Of a stretch of DNA of 64,000 nucleotides, positions 13,368 to 25,334 are shown in pieces. Location: NCBI GenBank assembly GCA_951406725.2, contig OX597816.1, forward strand, positions 134,044,001 through 134,108,000, given 5' to 3'. Numbering within the stretch: position 1 is the first letter of the stretch; every line of letters begins with the position of its first letter. Below the pieces are notes generated by a model, which was given only the letters and a program-made list of their open reading frames with translations, had not been told where the DNA came from and searched no databases. Origin of the DNA: Octopus vulgaris (lineage: Eukaryota). Made by a program: the position numbers and the translations under genes.

Positions 13368-13728
13368 TTATGATTTATATTCCTGTTGATGTTTGCTTGA
13401 TGAATTTTGCGTTTTGGTTGTGGTACTTTACTTGGTTTCGTTATGTTTTCTGTCTTGTTTTTGGTATTATGTATGCTACTTTTCAATTTCTTGTTAGCAT
13501 TGTTTTTAACCACCTGGAGAAATGATCTGGGTTTACTTCTAGATCTAGATCGGTTTTTTGTCCAGTTTCTTGTGGGTAATCTCTGTTGAGGTCTTGAAAA
13601 TGATCTCCTGTTATTTCTACTGCTAATGGTCTGATCAGAGGAGTATCTATTTTGTTTGTGCTTTTTGTTCATGTTGTGTGCATTAGGGTGTTTGCATACA
13701 AAATGGGAAGAGTTCTTACCGTAGTTTG
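13274..13728 (-). CDS. Basic, Arg/Lys/Ser/Asn-rich N-terminal PLE region overlapping the RT frame (-1 offset)
   Basis: NRSRSRSKPRSFLQVVK low-complexity basic stretch. It overlaps the RT frame across a T7 run at 13346-13352. The true start is missing. Confidence 0.55.
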
Positions 13729-13749
13729 TATATATATATATACACATAA

Positions 13750-14063
13750 GGAGCACTCCGTCGGTTACGACGACAAGGGTCCTAGATGATACGATCAACG
13801 GAACAGCTTGCTCATGAAATTAACGTGCAAGTGGCTGAGCACTCCACAGACACGTGTACCCTTAACGTAGTTCTCAGGGATATTCAGCGTGACACAATGT
13901 GTGACAAGGCCGGCCTTTTGAAATACAGGTACTACTCATTTTGGGCAGCTGAGTGAACTGGAGCAACGTGAAATAAAGTGTCTTGCTGAAGGAGACAACG
14001 CCGGGAATTGAACTCACGACCTTACGATCGTAAACCGAATGTCCTAACCACTAAGCCACGCGC
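13750..14063 (-). mobile_element. tRNA-derived SINE, family 3
   Basis: Head GCGCGTGGCTTAGTGGTTAGG (A box) ... GTGAGTTCAATTCCCGG (B box), then CCTTCAGCAAGACACTTTATTTCACGTTGCTCCAG central domain. Confidence 0.85.
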
Positions 14064-14374
14064 TTTCACACACACATATAAATACGTACACATACACACA
14101 CATAGACGCACACACACATATATATTGATAATAGTAACCAAATTTCTCTTAATTTATGCCTTACTGTCTGTCAAATAGAGGAAGACAGAAAATTGCACGA
14201 AAGAGACATGCAAGAAGTTTGAAAAGAGTGGGTGTATTAGTAAAAGAAAGATTCGAAATACGTTTGTGTGACGTCAAACTCTCTGTTTTTCTTGTTTCCT
14301 GCAGTCTTTCTTTAATCTTTCCTTTTTTTTTTGTCTCTCACTGACATAGTGGAACAGAATGAGAGAGAGAGAGA

Positions 14375-14412
<38 letters not shown>

Positions 14413-15221
14413 CAGACAGACAGACATGAAAGGAGTGGCACACATGGAGAGCAAGGGAGAGAGAGAGAAAAAGAGAGAGAAAAAGAGTGAGAGAGAGAGA
14501 GAGAGAGTGATTGTATTGGTTTGTTTATATTTTTACAGCTGTCATTATGGCAGCTATCTGTTATTAGAAGCACTCACTGGATTTCAAAGTTTTGAAACTC
14601 CACAAGTAGTAGCCACCAGCATCTATTGATGTGCATATGTAAAGGCATTAGATTTTACAGGTTACCTCAGCCTGTTAGAGACAGAAAGCAAATCTCCTTT
14701 AAATTCTACCCTACAATATTACGTGCATATATATGTATGGGTCAACGACAGAAACTCTGTATGTTGTGATGGCAGTCAAATCTCCCTCAAATTACAACAT
14801 AATATTTTATGTATATATTTATGCTTGAGCCGTCTATACAGATATCTGTATTTCAATTACATCTAATAGAAATAGTAGCGAAATACAGTTTTTTACTCTC
14901 TTACCTATGTATAAGCCAACAAGGGAACTGCCACATGGTGACCAGACCTGAAAGAAATAGTTGCCAAATCTCCCTCAAATCACCCCACTATTTTAAGTAT
15001 GTATGCATGTATGCATGTGTGTATGTACGAGTCAACGATCATTTTTACTTGAATATATTTTTACAGCATTAATAACATCCTCTTTTTTTATCATTCATTT
15101 CGAAGGAATTTCCGACCGCTTTTCTGAAGCAGTGAGTCGTTAAGGAAAGATCACAAATTACACGACTCGCTCTTTGCTCTTTTTCCTCTCTCATACCCTT
15201 GACATTAGCGTCTGTTGCATC

Positions 15222-15284
<63 letters not shown>

Positions 15285-15646
15285 TCTCTCTCTCATAGCT
15301 ATCAGCTTTGTCTCCCTCTCTCTAACGGTGATAAGTCTGACAAACGGTCTCTCCTTTAATTATTTTTTGAATGTTATATCACGTCAAAGCAACAATAATC
15401 TCTCTCTCTCTCTCAGCAGCGTCTGCATATCATACCAGCTGCTTCTCTTTCTACACATTTTCGTTACTACTTTGCTAGAGTGACTGAGTGCACAGACGTG
15501 AGAACGCATCAGTGCAGTCAGTTTCATAATATATGATTTGTGGAATCTCATGCAAAATGTCAAGGGCCGCAAGCCAGTCACAATAGGTTTACTCTCTTGT
15601 TATTTAAACTAGCAGTAATTATGGCTATTATTATAGGACTTATTAA

Positions 15647-15835
15647 GGCGGCGTGCTAAAATGGTTAGTGGTATTTCGTCCGTCTTTACGTTCTATGTTC
15701 AAATCCCACGGAAATCAACTTTGCCTTTCATTCTTTCGCGGTCGATAAAATAAGTACCAGTCGAGCCTTGGACTCAATGAAATCGACTTCCTGTTCCTCT
15801 CAAAAGTGCTGGTCTTTTGTCGAAATTAGAAAGAA
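15647..15835 (+). mobile_element. SINE family 1 copy, internally deleted
   Basis: GGCGGCG head, B-box, core and GCTGGTCTTTTGTCGAAATTAGAAAGAAT tail. Confidence 0.8.
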
Positions 15836-16937
15836 TTTTAGGATTTTTTAATGCTACTCTTGATATTTCTGTGCATTTTTGTGAGCTTTTCAAGTTATAA
15901 TATGACTGAGAGAAAATTCCTCAAAGAAGCGTTCTGCATACTAAATATAAATATGTATGATCTTATTGGAATCATCTCTTATTTTTGTCGTTATTAGATT
16001 TTAAACGGCTCTACGTGGAATTTTTTGTCTATTAATTGTAGGAATGATTTCAGTTAAACAAATTTTTTCAACTCACTATGTTATTTTAGTAATAATGTCA
16101 TTCTGATATGCAGCATGTTTTGTGTGCTAAATTCTAAGTCAAATTTTTTCCCGTGCGTTTATTAATAAATTTGTAGAATTTTAACTCTGTCTATTAAAGG
16201 CCAGTCACTTGTCATCTATTTTAGTTTCTTGGTTTCAAACACTTTCTGCTTAAGCTAAAAGAAATATGGCAGGAGAAAGCAGTGGCTATTCTGAGAGAGA
16301 TAGTATAAATAGAATGTATTATAAAGAAAGGTGGATTAGATAGATAAATAAATAGAAAGGTGGGGAGGAGGTTGACAGAGTAGAAGAGAGAGAGGAGGGA
16401 GAAAGAGTAAGCGATCTGATATTAAAATATAGAGAGGGATGGAACAATGAGAGAAGAGATAATGTATGTAACTAATAGAGAAAAGAAGTGGAAAGGAGAA
16501 AGATTCATCACTACAAAAGAGCGGATTTAGAGACGTAATGTGCTAAACTAACAGAAATATAGGGAGTGAGTGAAAGATAATGTTAGAGTTAGAAAGAGAC
16601 AAATTTATGTGTGCTACAGAAATGTGTGTGTGTGTGTGTGATTGAGAGAGAGGAAGGGAGAGAGAGGGAAGACATTGCATAATGAAAAGAAGCAGATTTT
16701 GTTTAAGAGAGAAAAAGGGGACTAATTATGGATAAATTGGGGAGATGAGAAATAATGTAGAATGTAAGTGAGAGAGTGAAAAAATGAAAGAGTGAGAGCG
16801 TGAGAACAAAAAAGTGAAGAACCAAATTTTCAAATATACAACAGATAAGTGGAAGTAAAAAAAAAACAGTCGAAAAAAGTTCTGTTACAGTAAAATGCTA
16901 GAATTCTAAAATTCTAGCTGCATTAAAAGATTATCAC

Positions 16938-17041
<104 letters not shown>

Positions 17042-18157
17042 TGCTCGAAATGAATTGTGAAGTGCTAGACAAGAAACAAGAAAAACAGAGCCAAGGCCCG
17101 AGCTAAAATGAATAATAAAAACTGAAAGACGATAAAATAAAACACAAGAAGAAAATGAAGCTAAGTCTGAAGTAGAGAGAGCGAGAGAGAGAGAGAGAGA
17201 GAGAATTACTGAGTCAGAAACATACACTGTAAATTTTTAGAATACTATGCTAGTGTTTTACCATGTTTAATATTGTTGGGACCTTACATTTTGGTTAAGA
17301 TATAATGAACTGAAATATCTGATTAACAAGAGATTCAGTGAGTATAAGAATGTTTAAAGTAGAGAGCTGAGCAGAATATTATATGTAAAAAAAAAAAAAA
17401 AAGAAAAGAAAAGAAAGGAAAAGAAAACTCGCCGTCTAGTTTTATTTTTTTAAAGCCAAAGCAGTACGGGAGACCACACCAAACATGTTATTGCTTCATT
17501 TCAGTGTTCTCAGCAAATTATAACCTCATGATAATTTGCCAAAATGATAACGATCGAGTCTCTAATCAAATATAGATCTATTAATATAAATACAAATATC
17601 TATTTGTTGGTAAAGAAATATATTTGCTTAAAAATTAAATAGCTGCGCAAACACCATGCGTATGGTGTAGCCATTTCAAAAATGGACTGGGACTTAATTT
17701 TATCGTTGCCAGAAAATGAATCGCAAACTTGACCTTGGCGGAATTTGAACTCCCAACGTAAAGGGAACCTAACTAAATATCGTAATGCATTTTGTACGAC
17801 CTACTACCGTTATTAACAATTCACCGGTTAAGGTAATAATTCTTTCTGCTATCGGCAAAAGGCCTGAAATTTTAGGGGTGGGGAACTAATTGATTATATC
17901 GACCCAGCACTCACTGGTGTTATGTAATCATCACAACAAACATGAACAATCAACGTTGCCCATTGTCTCCCTTGATACAAGGACATTCAGTAGGTTTCCC
18001 GCCACAACAAATACCTTGTACAACAACGGCAGTCTAATAAAGTATCTCGTATCGTTAACACGTTTTTTCAGTCTCTCTCATTTTCTTAATCTTTCATACT
18101 AAGTACTCACTACTTCCTTTAATACTCAATACATTATTTATATATAATAACAACAAC

Positions 18158-18838
18158 TGGTACTTATTTTATCGACCGCAAAAGGGTGAAAGACAGCCGG
18201 CATCGGTGAAATTTGAATTCAGAACTCGAAGCTGAAGAAATACCTATTTCTTTACTACCCACAAGGGTCTAAACTCAGAGAGGACAAAAAAGGACAGACA
18301 AACGGATTAAGTCGAATATATCGACTCCAGTGCGTAACTGGTACTTATTTAATCGACCCCGAAAGGATGAAAGGCAAAGTCAACCTCGGCGGAATTCGAA
18401 CTCAGAACGTAGCGGCAGACGAAATACCTATTTCTTTACTACCCACAAGGGGGTTAAACAGAGAGGAGAAACAAGGACAGACAAACGGATTAGTCGATTA
18501 TATCGACCCAATGCGTAACTGGTACTTATTTAATCGACCTCGAAAGGATGAAAGGCAAAGTCAACCTCGGCGGAATTCGAACTCAGAACGTAGCGGCAGA
18601 CGAAATACCTATTTCTTTACTACCCACAAGGGGGTTAAACAGAGAGGAGAAACAAGGACAGACAAACGGATTAGTCGATTATATCGACCTAATGCGTAAC
18701 TGGTACTTATTTAATCGACCTCGAAAGGATGAAAGGCAAAGTCAACCTCGGCGGAATTTGAACTCAGAACGTAACAGCAGACGAAATACCGCTAAGCATT
18801 TTGTCCGACTTGCTGACGATTTTGTCAGCTCGCCGCTT
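18158..18838 (-). repeat. Head-to-tail array of SINE family 1, ~181-bp period, ~3.5 units
   Basis: Repeated ORFs at 18367 and 18548 are 181 bp apart. Junctions read AAAGAAATA|GGTATTTCGTCTG on the minus strand. Confidence 0.9.
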
Positions 18839-19479
18839 TTGCTCGAGGTAATAATGTTTATATCCTTCGCCTAGATGCAGACACCTTGTAAAAGATGAAA
18901 GGAGTATAGACGAATCGCAAGATAAAAATAACATCAAAACGTTCTTCTCCATTATAATGTTTGCAACACTATGACGTCATGAACAATGCTTCGCTTGTTT
19001 ATCTATTTAGTTATTTTCTTTGATGTACCTCATTATATTGAAATAAAATCTCCCCAGGCTCGATTTTTGCCACTTTTTCTCTGGTTCATCGAAACATATA
19101 TCAAAAGTGAATTAATCAATTAGCACTCACAACTATTAAAAAACAAAAATGGCTTTCAAAGGATTAGTGTGTTGTACATAAGATAAATGATCAGAGAAGT
19201 ATAGCCGAATTGCAAGATAAATATAACAAAATAATCAAGAGAACGTTCTTGTGTGTATTTGTCTATGTGCGTATGTATTTATGTCTTTTCCTTTGGGATT
19301 TACTAATGTTTTATATCCCCTGTGCAGAATTCATTAATAAATTGGCAAAGTCTCGGTAGTTCTTGAGGGTTTGTGAATATGTGAATTGTTTGGTGTATGC
19401 AAATGTGTGTGATTGTTGATAAACTTTACGCTATAGAAGTGCCGATACTTTTCACCAAGCATACTTGGACACGCAAGTG

Positions 19480-19638
19480 TTAGGTATGGCGGTGTGGTTA
19501 AGAACTTCGCTTCATAAACACTTGGTTTCGGGTTCTGTTCCACTGCGTGGCACCTTGGCAAGGTGTCTTCAATTATATTACCGGGCCGAACCATGTCTTG
19601 TGAGTGAATTAGGTGGACGGAAAATGCCCGGAACTCTG

Positions 19639-19681
<43 letters not shown>

Positions 19682-19835
19682 TATACGTCTTTGTGTTTAT
19701 TCCCAAACCTCGTACCAATCGGTGTTGGTTTGTTTATGTCCCCGTAATTTAACGATTCTTCAAAACACCAAGCTCAACATGGTGCCCTAGCATGGCTGCA
19801 CTCCAATGAATGAAACAAGTAAAAGAATAAAAGAA
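19480..19835 (+). mobile_element. tRNA-derived SINE, family 2 (internal CA/GT microsatellite)
   Basis: TGGCGGTGTGGTTAAGAA...GGGTTCTGTTCCACTGCGTGGCACCTTGGCAAGGTGTC head/core and tail GCATGGCTGCA...GAAACAAGTAAAAGA. Confidence 0.8.
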
Positions 19836-20356
19836 ATGTATATAAGTACGTATCCGGAACTCGAGGAAACCGGTTAGGGCTTAATTGCGTCTTTAGCAAT
19901 GGTAACAACATAACCAACTAACGTTTCGGACATTTTGCTCGAAATGTTAGCTTTATCCACTCTTCACGGCAACGAAACTTACTTAGGCAATCTGTTATTT
20001 TGTGGCGCAATTCACATCAGCCGAGAATAACCTTTGACAACTGAAATTTACAAAAATCGATACAGAAAAAACAAAATGTTTAAGAAGCAGGAAATTGTCA
20101 GCTGGTATTCTTGTTCTTTATTTGCATATTTCCCCTTCATAAAAAAACATTCAAAGTAAGAATTATACTTTGTTTTCTGAACATTCATTTTTTCTTTTTT
20201 TTTTCCCGAGTAAAAAAAAATGCTCGCTTTATGTTGAAGAAGATTGTTCAAAATTTTTAGAATTTTATTGATTCTGTATTTACAGTAAAAATTTCAGAAT
20301 TTTAATATATTTAATCGCGTATTTTGTATTTTAAGTGAAATTTTTATAATTAATAC

Positions 20357-20725
20357 ATAGGTGTGGCTGTATGGTAAGAAGCTTGTTTCTCAACCACATG
20401 GTTCCAGATTCAGTTCCACTGCGTGTCACTTTGAGCAACTGCCTTCTGTTATCGCCTCAGATCGACTGAAGACTTGTGAGTGGATCTCGTAGAGGGGGAA
20501 AACTGAAACAAGCCGTCGTGTGTGTGTGTATGTGTGTGTGTGTGTGTGTGTCCTTGTGCTTGTGTGTCCTTGTGCTTGTGTATGACAACTGGTGTTGGTG
20601 TGTTTTCGTCTCCGTAACATAGCGGTTAAAAAAAAAACACTGAAGTCGATTCATTCGACTAAAATAATTCTTCAAGGCGGTACCCCGGGATGGCCGCAGT
20701 CTAATGAGTGAAACAAGTAAACGAT
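20357..20725 (+). mobile_element. tRNA-derived SINE, family 2
   Basis: Same head, core and tail as 19480-19835. Further pieces at 23610-23845(-), 27175-27390(-), 31110-31340(+) and 53030-53120(-). Confidence 0.8.
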
Positions 20726-21032
20726 TAACAGAAAGACCGCCCAAATTTCAGGCCTTGTGCCTAGAGTAGAAAAGAATATTTTCATGCTTGATTCCTAATT
20801 TGAGAAATTTTTCTGACACGTTATGTTTAAATTTTCCTTTGTATCCTTTATTCGTCTAATAAATATTGTATCCTTTATTCGTCTCAGTAAATATTTCATT
20901 ATGTTTATCGATGTGTTAATCTTTCTTTTTTAAACAAACTCAAAAATATTTCCTTTTCTAAATGGTCATTTAATTTGCTAGAAGTAGCAGGCGTCATGTG
21001 TGTACATTCTAAGGCCGATATCATAGCAAAGC

Positions 21033-21260
21033 GGAGGAGCGTGTTTTAGTGGCCAGTGTATCGTAAGATTGTAGTTTCGATTCCTGGACCGGGCGACACA
21101 TTGTGTTTTTATGCAAAACATTTAATTTCACATTGCTCTTGTCCGCTCGACAGGCAAAGATGAGTTGTCCTACAATGGACCGGCGTCCCGTCCAGGTGGG
21201 GAATATATACGCCACGGAAACGAGGAAAGGGATCCTATGAGTTTATATGATTCGGAAAGG
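21033..21260 (+). mobile_element. tRNA-derived SINE with family-3-like head and V-domain-like body
   Basis: TTAGTGGCCAG...GTTTCGATTCCTGG head. ATGGACCGGCGTCCCGTCCAGG resembles the V-SINE domain. Confidence 0.6.
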
Positions 21261-21431
21261 ATCTTTATCCTTTTTTTTTGTATATCATGCCTCTGATAAT
21301 ATTTTTTCTTCTTTTCGTTTCAAATTATGTCAGCATCTTAGATAATTTTCTTTTCGTTAAAGAATATTCGTTTAACAAATTCCAGAAGAGCAGTTTTTTG
21401 TTACTAATTTCCAATTTGTGTGCACTATTTC

Positions 21432-22436
21432 ATGTTGGTGCAGTTTTGCAGCAACACCACCAGCAGCAAGTACAACTTCTTGCTTTCTTCCCGAGGCAGC
21501 TTAAGCCCGCCGAAACCCGCTATAGCACGTTCGGCTGTGAACCTTTGGCTATATACTTGGCGGTTAGACACTTTCGACACTCACTTGAAGGTTGCCAATT
21601 TACGATCAATACCGATCATCATCTGCTTACTTTTGCACTTCGTTCGAAGCCTGACAGATACTCGCCTCGCGAAACTCGTCACTTAAATTTTGTTTCGCAA
21701 TTTACCATTGATATTCGTCATATCTCTGGTGCACAGAATGCGGCGGAAGATGCTCTCTCTCGCCTCCATGTAAATTCTAAGTACTTGCCTGTGCCTACTT
21801 GTGACGCACAAGTATTCTTTGACAACTTGACGGATACACCACGTCCTCTTGTTCCAGAGACTCACAGTCGAATTGCTTTCCACACTCTGCATAGTCTCCC
21901 GCATCCTGGAGCTTCAACCACAGTGAAACTCATTTCGGCTAGATTCTTCTGGCCGAATATGAGACGAGATATCACTGCTTGGTCACGTTCTTGTCTTTTC
22001 TGCCAAAAAGCTGAGGAGCACAGGCACATTCGTGCACCTCTCGGTACGTTCTACACCCTAGATGCTCGTCTGAGTCACATCCATATCGATCTAGTTGAAC
22101 CGTGGCCAGTTAGGCCAGGCTTTACGTATCTCCTTATGGGCATCGACTGCTTTACACGTTGGCCAGAAGCCACCCCTTTGTGTGATATTAGAGCAGAATC
22201 GGTAGCGCGAGCCCTGGTTTCGGGTTGGATATCGCGCTACGGCGTTTATACCACGATCACCACTGATCGTGGTAGGTAGTTCGAATCCCAGCTTTCGAAA
22301 ATTCTTGGTGTGCGGCGCATTCGGACTACTAGTTGGCATCCAGCTTCAAATGGTATGGTGAAACACTTCCACCGCGAATTGAAGGCTGCGATGTGTGCTT
22401 ATCCTTACCAACAGCGATGGAGCGAGTATCTACCCT
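21432..22436 (+). mobile_element. Ty3/Gypsy LTR-retrotransposon pol fragment (RNase H to integrase), degenerate
   Basis: [39 protein letters not shown] zinc finger (HSLPHPG...CLFCQ), HIDLV, TTDRG*QFES-like, then RTTSWHPASNGMVKHFHR. No LTRs seen. Confidence 0.9.
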
Positions 22437-22545
22437 GACTTGCTCACCCAGTCGAATAACGTCACGCCATTGATCCTTCGGAGGGAACCCATTTCGCCCG
22501 CTTGTATTTGAGATCGTACTCCTTCGGTCTCATACCCAATGCAGT
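22436..22545 (-). mobile_element. RTE-type LINE ORF fragment
   Basis: ETEGVRSQIQAGEMGSLRRINGVTLFD resembles the RTE post-RT motif RIQAAEMxFLRRIxGxTxxD. Confidence 0.7.
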
Positions 22546-22869
22546 TGGAAAGGGATATCGTAAAAAATAATAGATATTTTTCTGACTTTATTCTAATTGA
22601 TTGGCAAGACTTAGAAGTGATTAAGTATGCACACAAGTATAGAGGAGACATATTGGCGTCGATTGTGAATATCAATTATACAATTTGGGATTGGAGATAT
22701 TCAGTCCAGTTCTAGTTGTTGCATCAAGAGGTTTAAAGGGCAATAAGCTGTCAGCGTGCCAACCAGTCAACAGTTTCATCTTATTTCCGGTAGTCAATTC
22801 TTCAACTACTACTACTTTACTAACACAACTAGATTACACTACACATTTTATGAGCCATCTATGGATTTA

Positions 22870-23085
22870 CAAGGAGGTGCTGAAACGTTCACGATTTTAA
22901 TGATATCGAGAAAGGCCTGGTTGGAGACCCAGCCTTCCAAGTTCTTTTACAGGGTTTAGAACAACTGAAGGACCGCTGCAATAAGTGTGTGAATCTGAAA
23001 GGGGAATATATTGAATAGAATCTTAATTAACTGATCTTCCTATATTTTCTTTTACCCAAAGCCAGGTCTTTTCAGCACCTCCTCG
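22870..23085 (+). mobile_element. Internally deleted mariner element (TIRs + transposase C-terminus)
   Basis: TA|CAAGGAGGTGCTGAAA ... TTTCAGCACCTCCTCG|TA. Encodes LQGLEQLKDRCNKCVNLKGEYIE*, a typical mariner C-terminus. Confidence 0.85.
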
Positions 23086-23221
23086 TAATCCTAGTGATAC
23101 ACATTGATTCGTCATCCCGGGGTCTAAATATCAAGCAGTTGATCACACACACACACACGTATATGTATGAATCTGTGTAGATTTATTTATACATAATTAT
23201 ACAATAAATGTATACATACAT

Positions 23222-23605
23222 TACAAGGTGTTCGGACTAAATTTGACGATGTTTTATATCTCCTTCTTTTCAGAAACAACATGTATTAGGGCCTTGTCAA
23301 TGGCGTTGGAGAGCATAAAGGTTAAAGTTGTTGAGAAAAAGTTGGCAAACATGGAGGATTGGAAGCCATCTGAATATTGGAAAAGACTTAGCTGTATCAT
23401 GATGATTCGCACTGGGTTTCAAAATGCCGACCTCATGACTGTTGCATAATTCTCTGTGAACACAGTAAAGGATGTGAGACACATTAACATGTCCCACGTA
23501 TCATGAAAATCAAGTTCCCTCAATCTGTAATGGTCTTTGGGTGTGTCTCCACTGAGGTTGACATTATGCCACCGCACATCTTCGAACAGAGCCTATGACT
23601 CAATT
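23222..23605 (+). mobile_element. Tc1/mariner-superfamily (maT/DD37D-like) transposase remnant
   Basis: TA|CAAGGTGTTCGG start. MKIKFPQSVMVFGCVSTEVDIMPPHIFEQ matches the K(H/F)PxSVMVWG motif. Confidence 0.7.
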
Positions 23606-24567
23606 TAATAAACACCAGTCATTTGACTGCGGCTATGCTGGAGTACCGCCTTGAACGGTTCTAGTCGAACAAATCGACCCCGGGAGTTATTTCTTAGGCC
23701 TGGTACTTATTTTATCGGTCTCATAAACACACCAACACCAGTTGTCAAGCGGTGTTGTGGAGACAAACACATTCACCAACACACACACACATTTATACGA
23801 TGGGCTTCTTTCAGTTTCCGTCTACCAAATCCAGTCAAGCTTTGAAAAAATTAAGAAAATTTGAAAAATAGTCTTCTGTAAAAAGTGTCACTGGGTGTGT
23901 CAAGGCTTCAAGCAACACGAGAAAAGGTTTTTGTTATTTTTTTTTTTTCAAAACCTTTGGGTAATAAAATTTTAAGCGGGTTATTTGCTTTCCGCATTCA
24001 AGGGGTTAACGATAAGGATAACATTAACAACATAATCTCCCATACACAAAACAATACGTAATGGTAACAGTTTGAGCAGCTATAATCGTTGGTCTCGTGG
24101 ATTTTAGTCACCTGTCAACTATGTGAAAAAGGTTGCCATGTGACGTTAATCCAGACGAAAATTACCGAATTCTAAACAATTTATAAACAGTTTACAAAGA
24201 ACATCATACAACTCTGGGGAGGCCTACTAACTGTCAACCTATGTATATTTTTAAACTCCTGCAATGGCTGTCTACCCACCTTAAACAAACATACTTTTAG
24301 ATATTGAGTAGGCAGAAACAAACTGAAGCTGATCGTGCTCAAACAAGTTTGACAATCAAGAGAGCTTCTTCAGGTGTCGTGAAATAATAAAACCGGCAAA
24401 AATCCCACATGTCCACGCTTGTGTCTGTTGCTCGTCGTAATGGTATTACGGAATTTAGTCCTTGTAAATGTATTTCTCATAGCAAAATACGTTCATATGT
24501 GCGTATATTCATATGTGTGCATATTCATATTATGCCTATATATTACGTAATATATAGGCATGCGCAA

Positions 24568-25325
24568 GGCGGCGAGCTGGCAGAAACGTTAGCACGCCGG
24601 GCGAAATGCGTAGCCGTACATCGTCTGCCGTTATGTTCTAAGTTCAAATTCCGCCGAGGTTGACTTTGCCTTTCATCCTTTCGGGGTCGATTAAATAAGT
24701 ACCAGTTACGAACTGGGTCGATATAATCGACTTAATCCGTTTGTCTGTCCTTGTTTGTCCTCTCTGTGTTTAGCACCTTGTGGGTAGTAAAGAAATAAGT
24801 ATTTCGTCTGCCGCTACGTTCTGAGTTCAAATTCCGCCGAGGTCGACTTTGCCTTTCATGGTCGATTAAACAAGTATCAGTTACGCACTGGGGTCGATAA
24901 AATCAACTTAATCCGTTTTTCTGTCCTTATTTGTCCTCTCTGTGTTTAGCCCTTTGTGGGTAGTAAAGAGATAGGTATTTCGTCTGCCGCTACGTTCTGA
25001 GTTCAAATTCCTCCGATGTCAACTTTGCCTTTCATCCTTTCGGGGTCGATTAAATAAGTACAGTTACGCACTGGGGTCGATATATTCGACTTAATCCGTT
25101 TGTCTGTCCTTGTTTGTCCTCTCTGTGTTTAGCTCCTTGTGGATAGTAAAGAAATAGGTATTTCGTCTGTCTTTATGTTCTGAGTTCAAATCCCGCCGAG
25201 GTCGACTTTATCTTTCATCATTTCGGGGTCGATAAATTAAGTACCAGTTACGTACTTAATTCGATCTAATCAACTGGCTCCTTCCCCAAAAATGTCGGGT
25301 TTTGTGCCTAGAGTAGAAAAGAATA
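24568..25325 (+). repeat. Head-to-tail array of SINE family 1: three tail-A units then a final tail-B unit
   Basis: Full head at 24568. Junctions AAAGAAATA(A/G)GTATTTCGTCTG near 24795, 24970 and 25155. Ends ...TTGTGCCTAGAGTAGAAAAGAAT. Confidence 0.9.
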
Positions 25326-25334
25326 TATATGTAT

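Larger units (their letters stand above)
10367..13728 (-). mobile_element. Penelope-like retroelement (probably Neptune clade), 5'-truncated, inserted in (TA)n
   Basis: RT plus C-terminal GIY-YIG ORF, ~670-bp 3' non-coding region with a hammerhead-like motif, and (TA)n on both flanks. Confidence 0.93.

Noticed and set aside
18330-18874. Repeated ORFs such as MRNWYL..RPRKDERQS and MKGKVNLGGI, also at 3680, 55978 and 60398
   Set aside because: Antisense or sense readings of SINE family 1, not a gene family.
21278-21431. Hydrophobic N-terminus of the 333-aa ORF resembling a signal peptide
   Set aside because: T-rich flank that happens to be in frame with the Gypsy pol fragment, starting at a TTG; no evidence of a real fusion gene.
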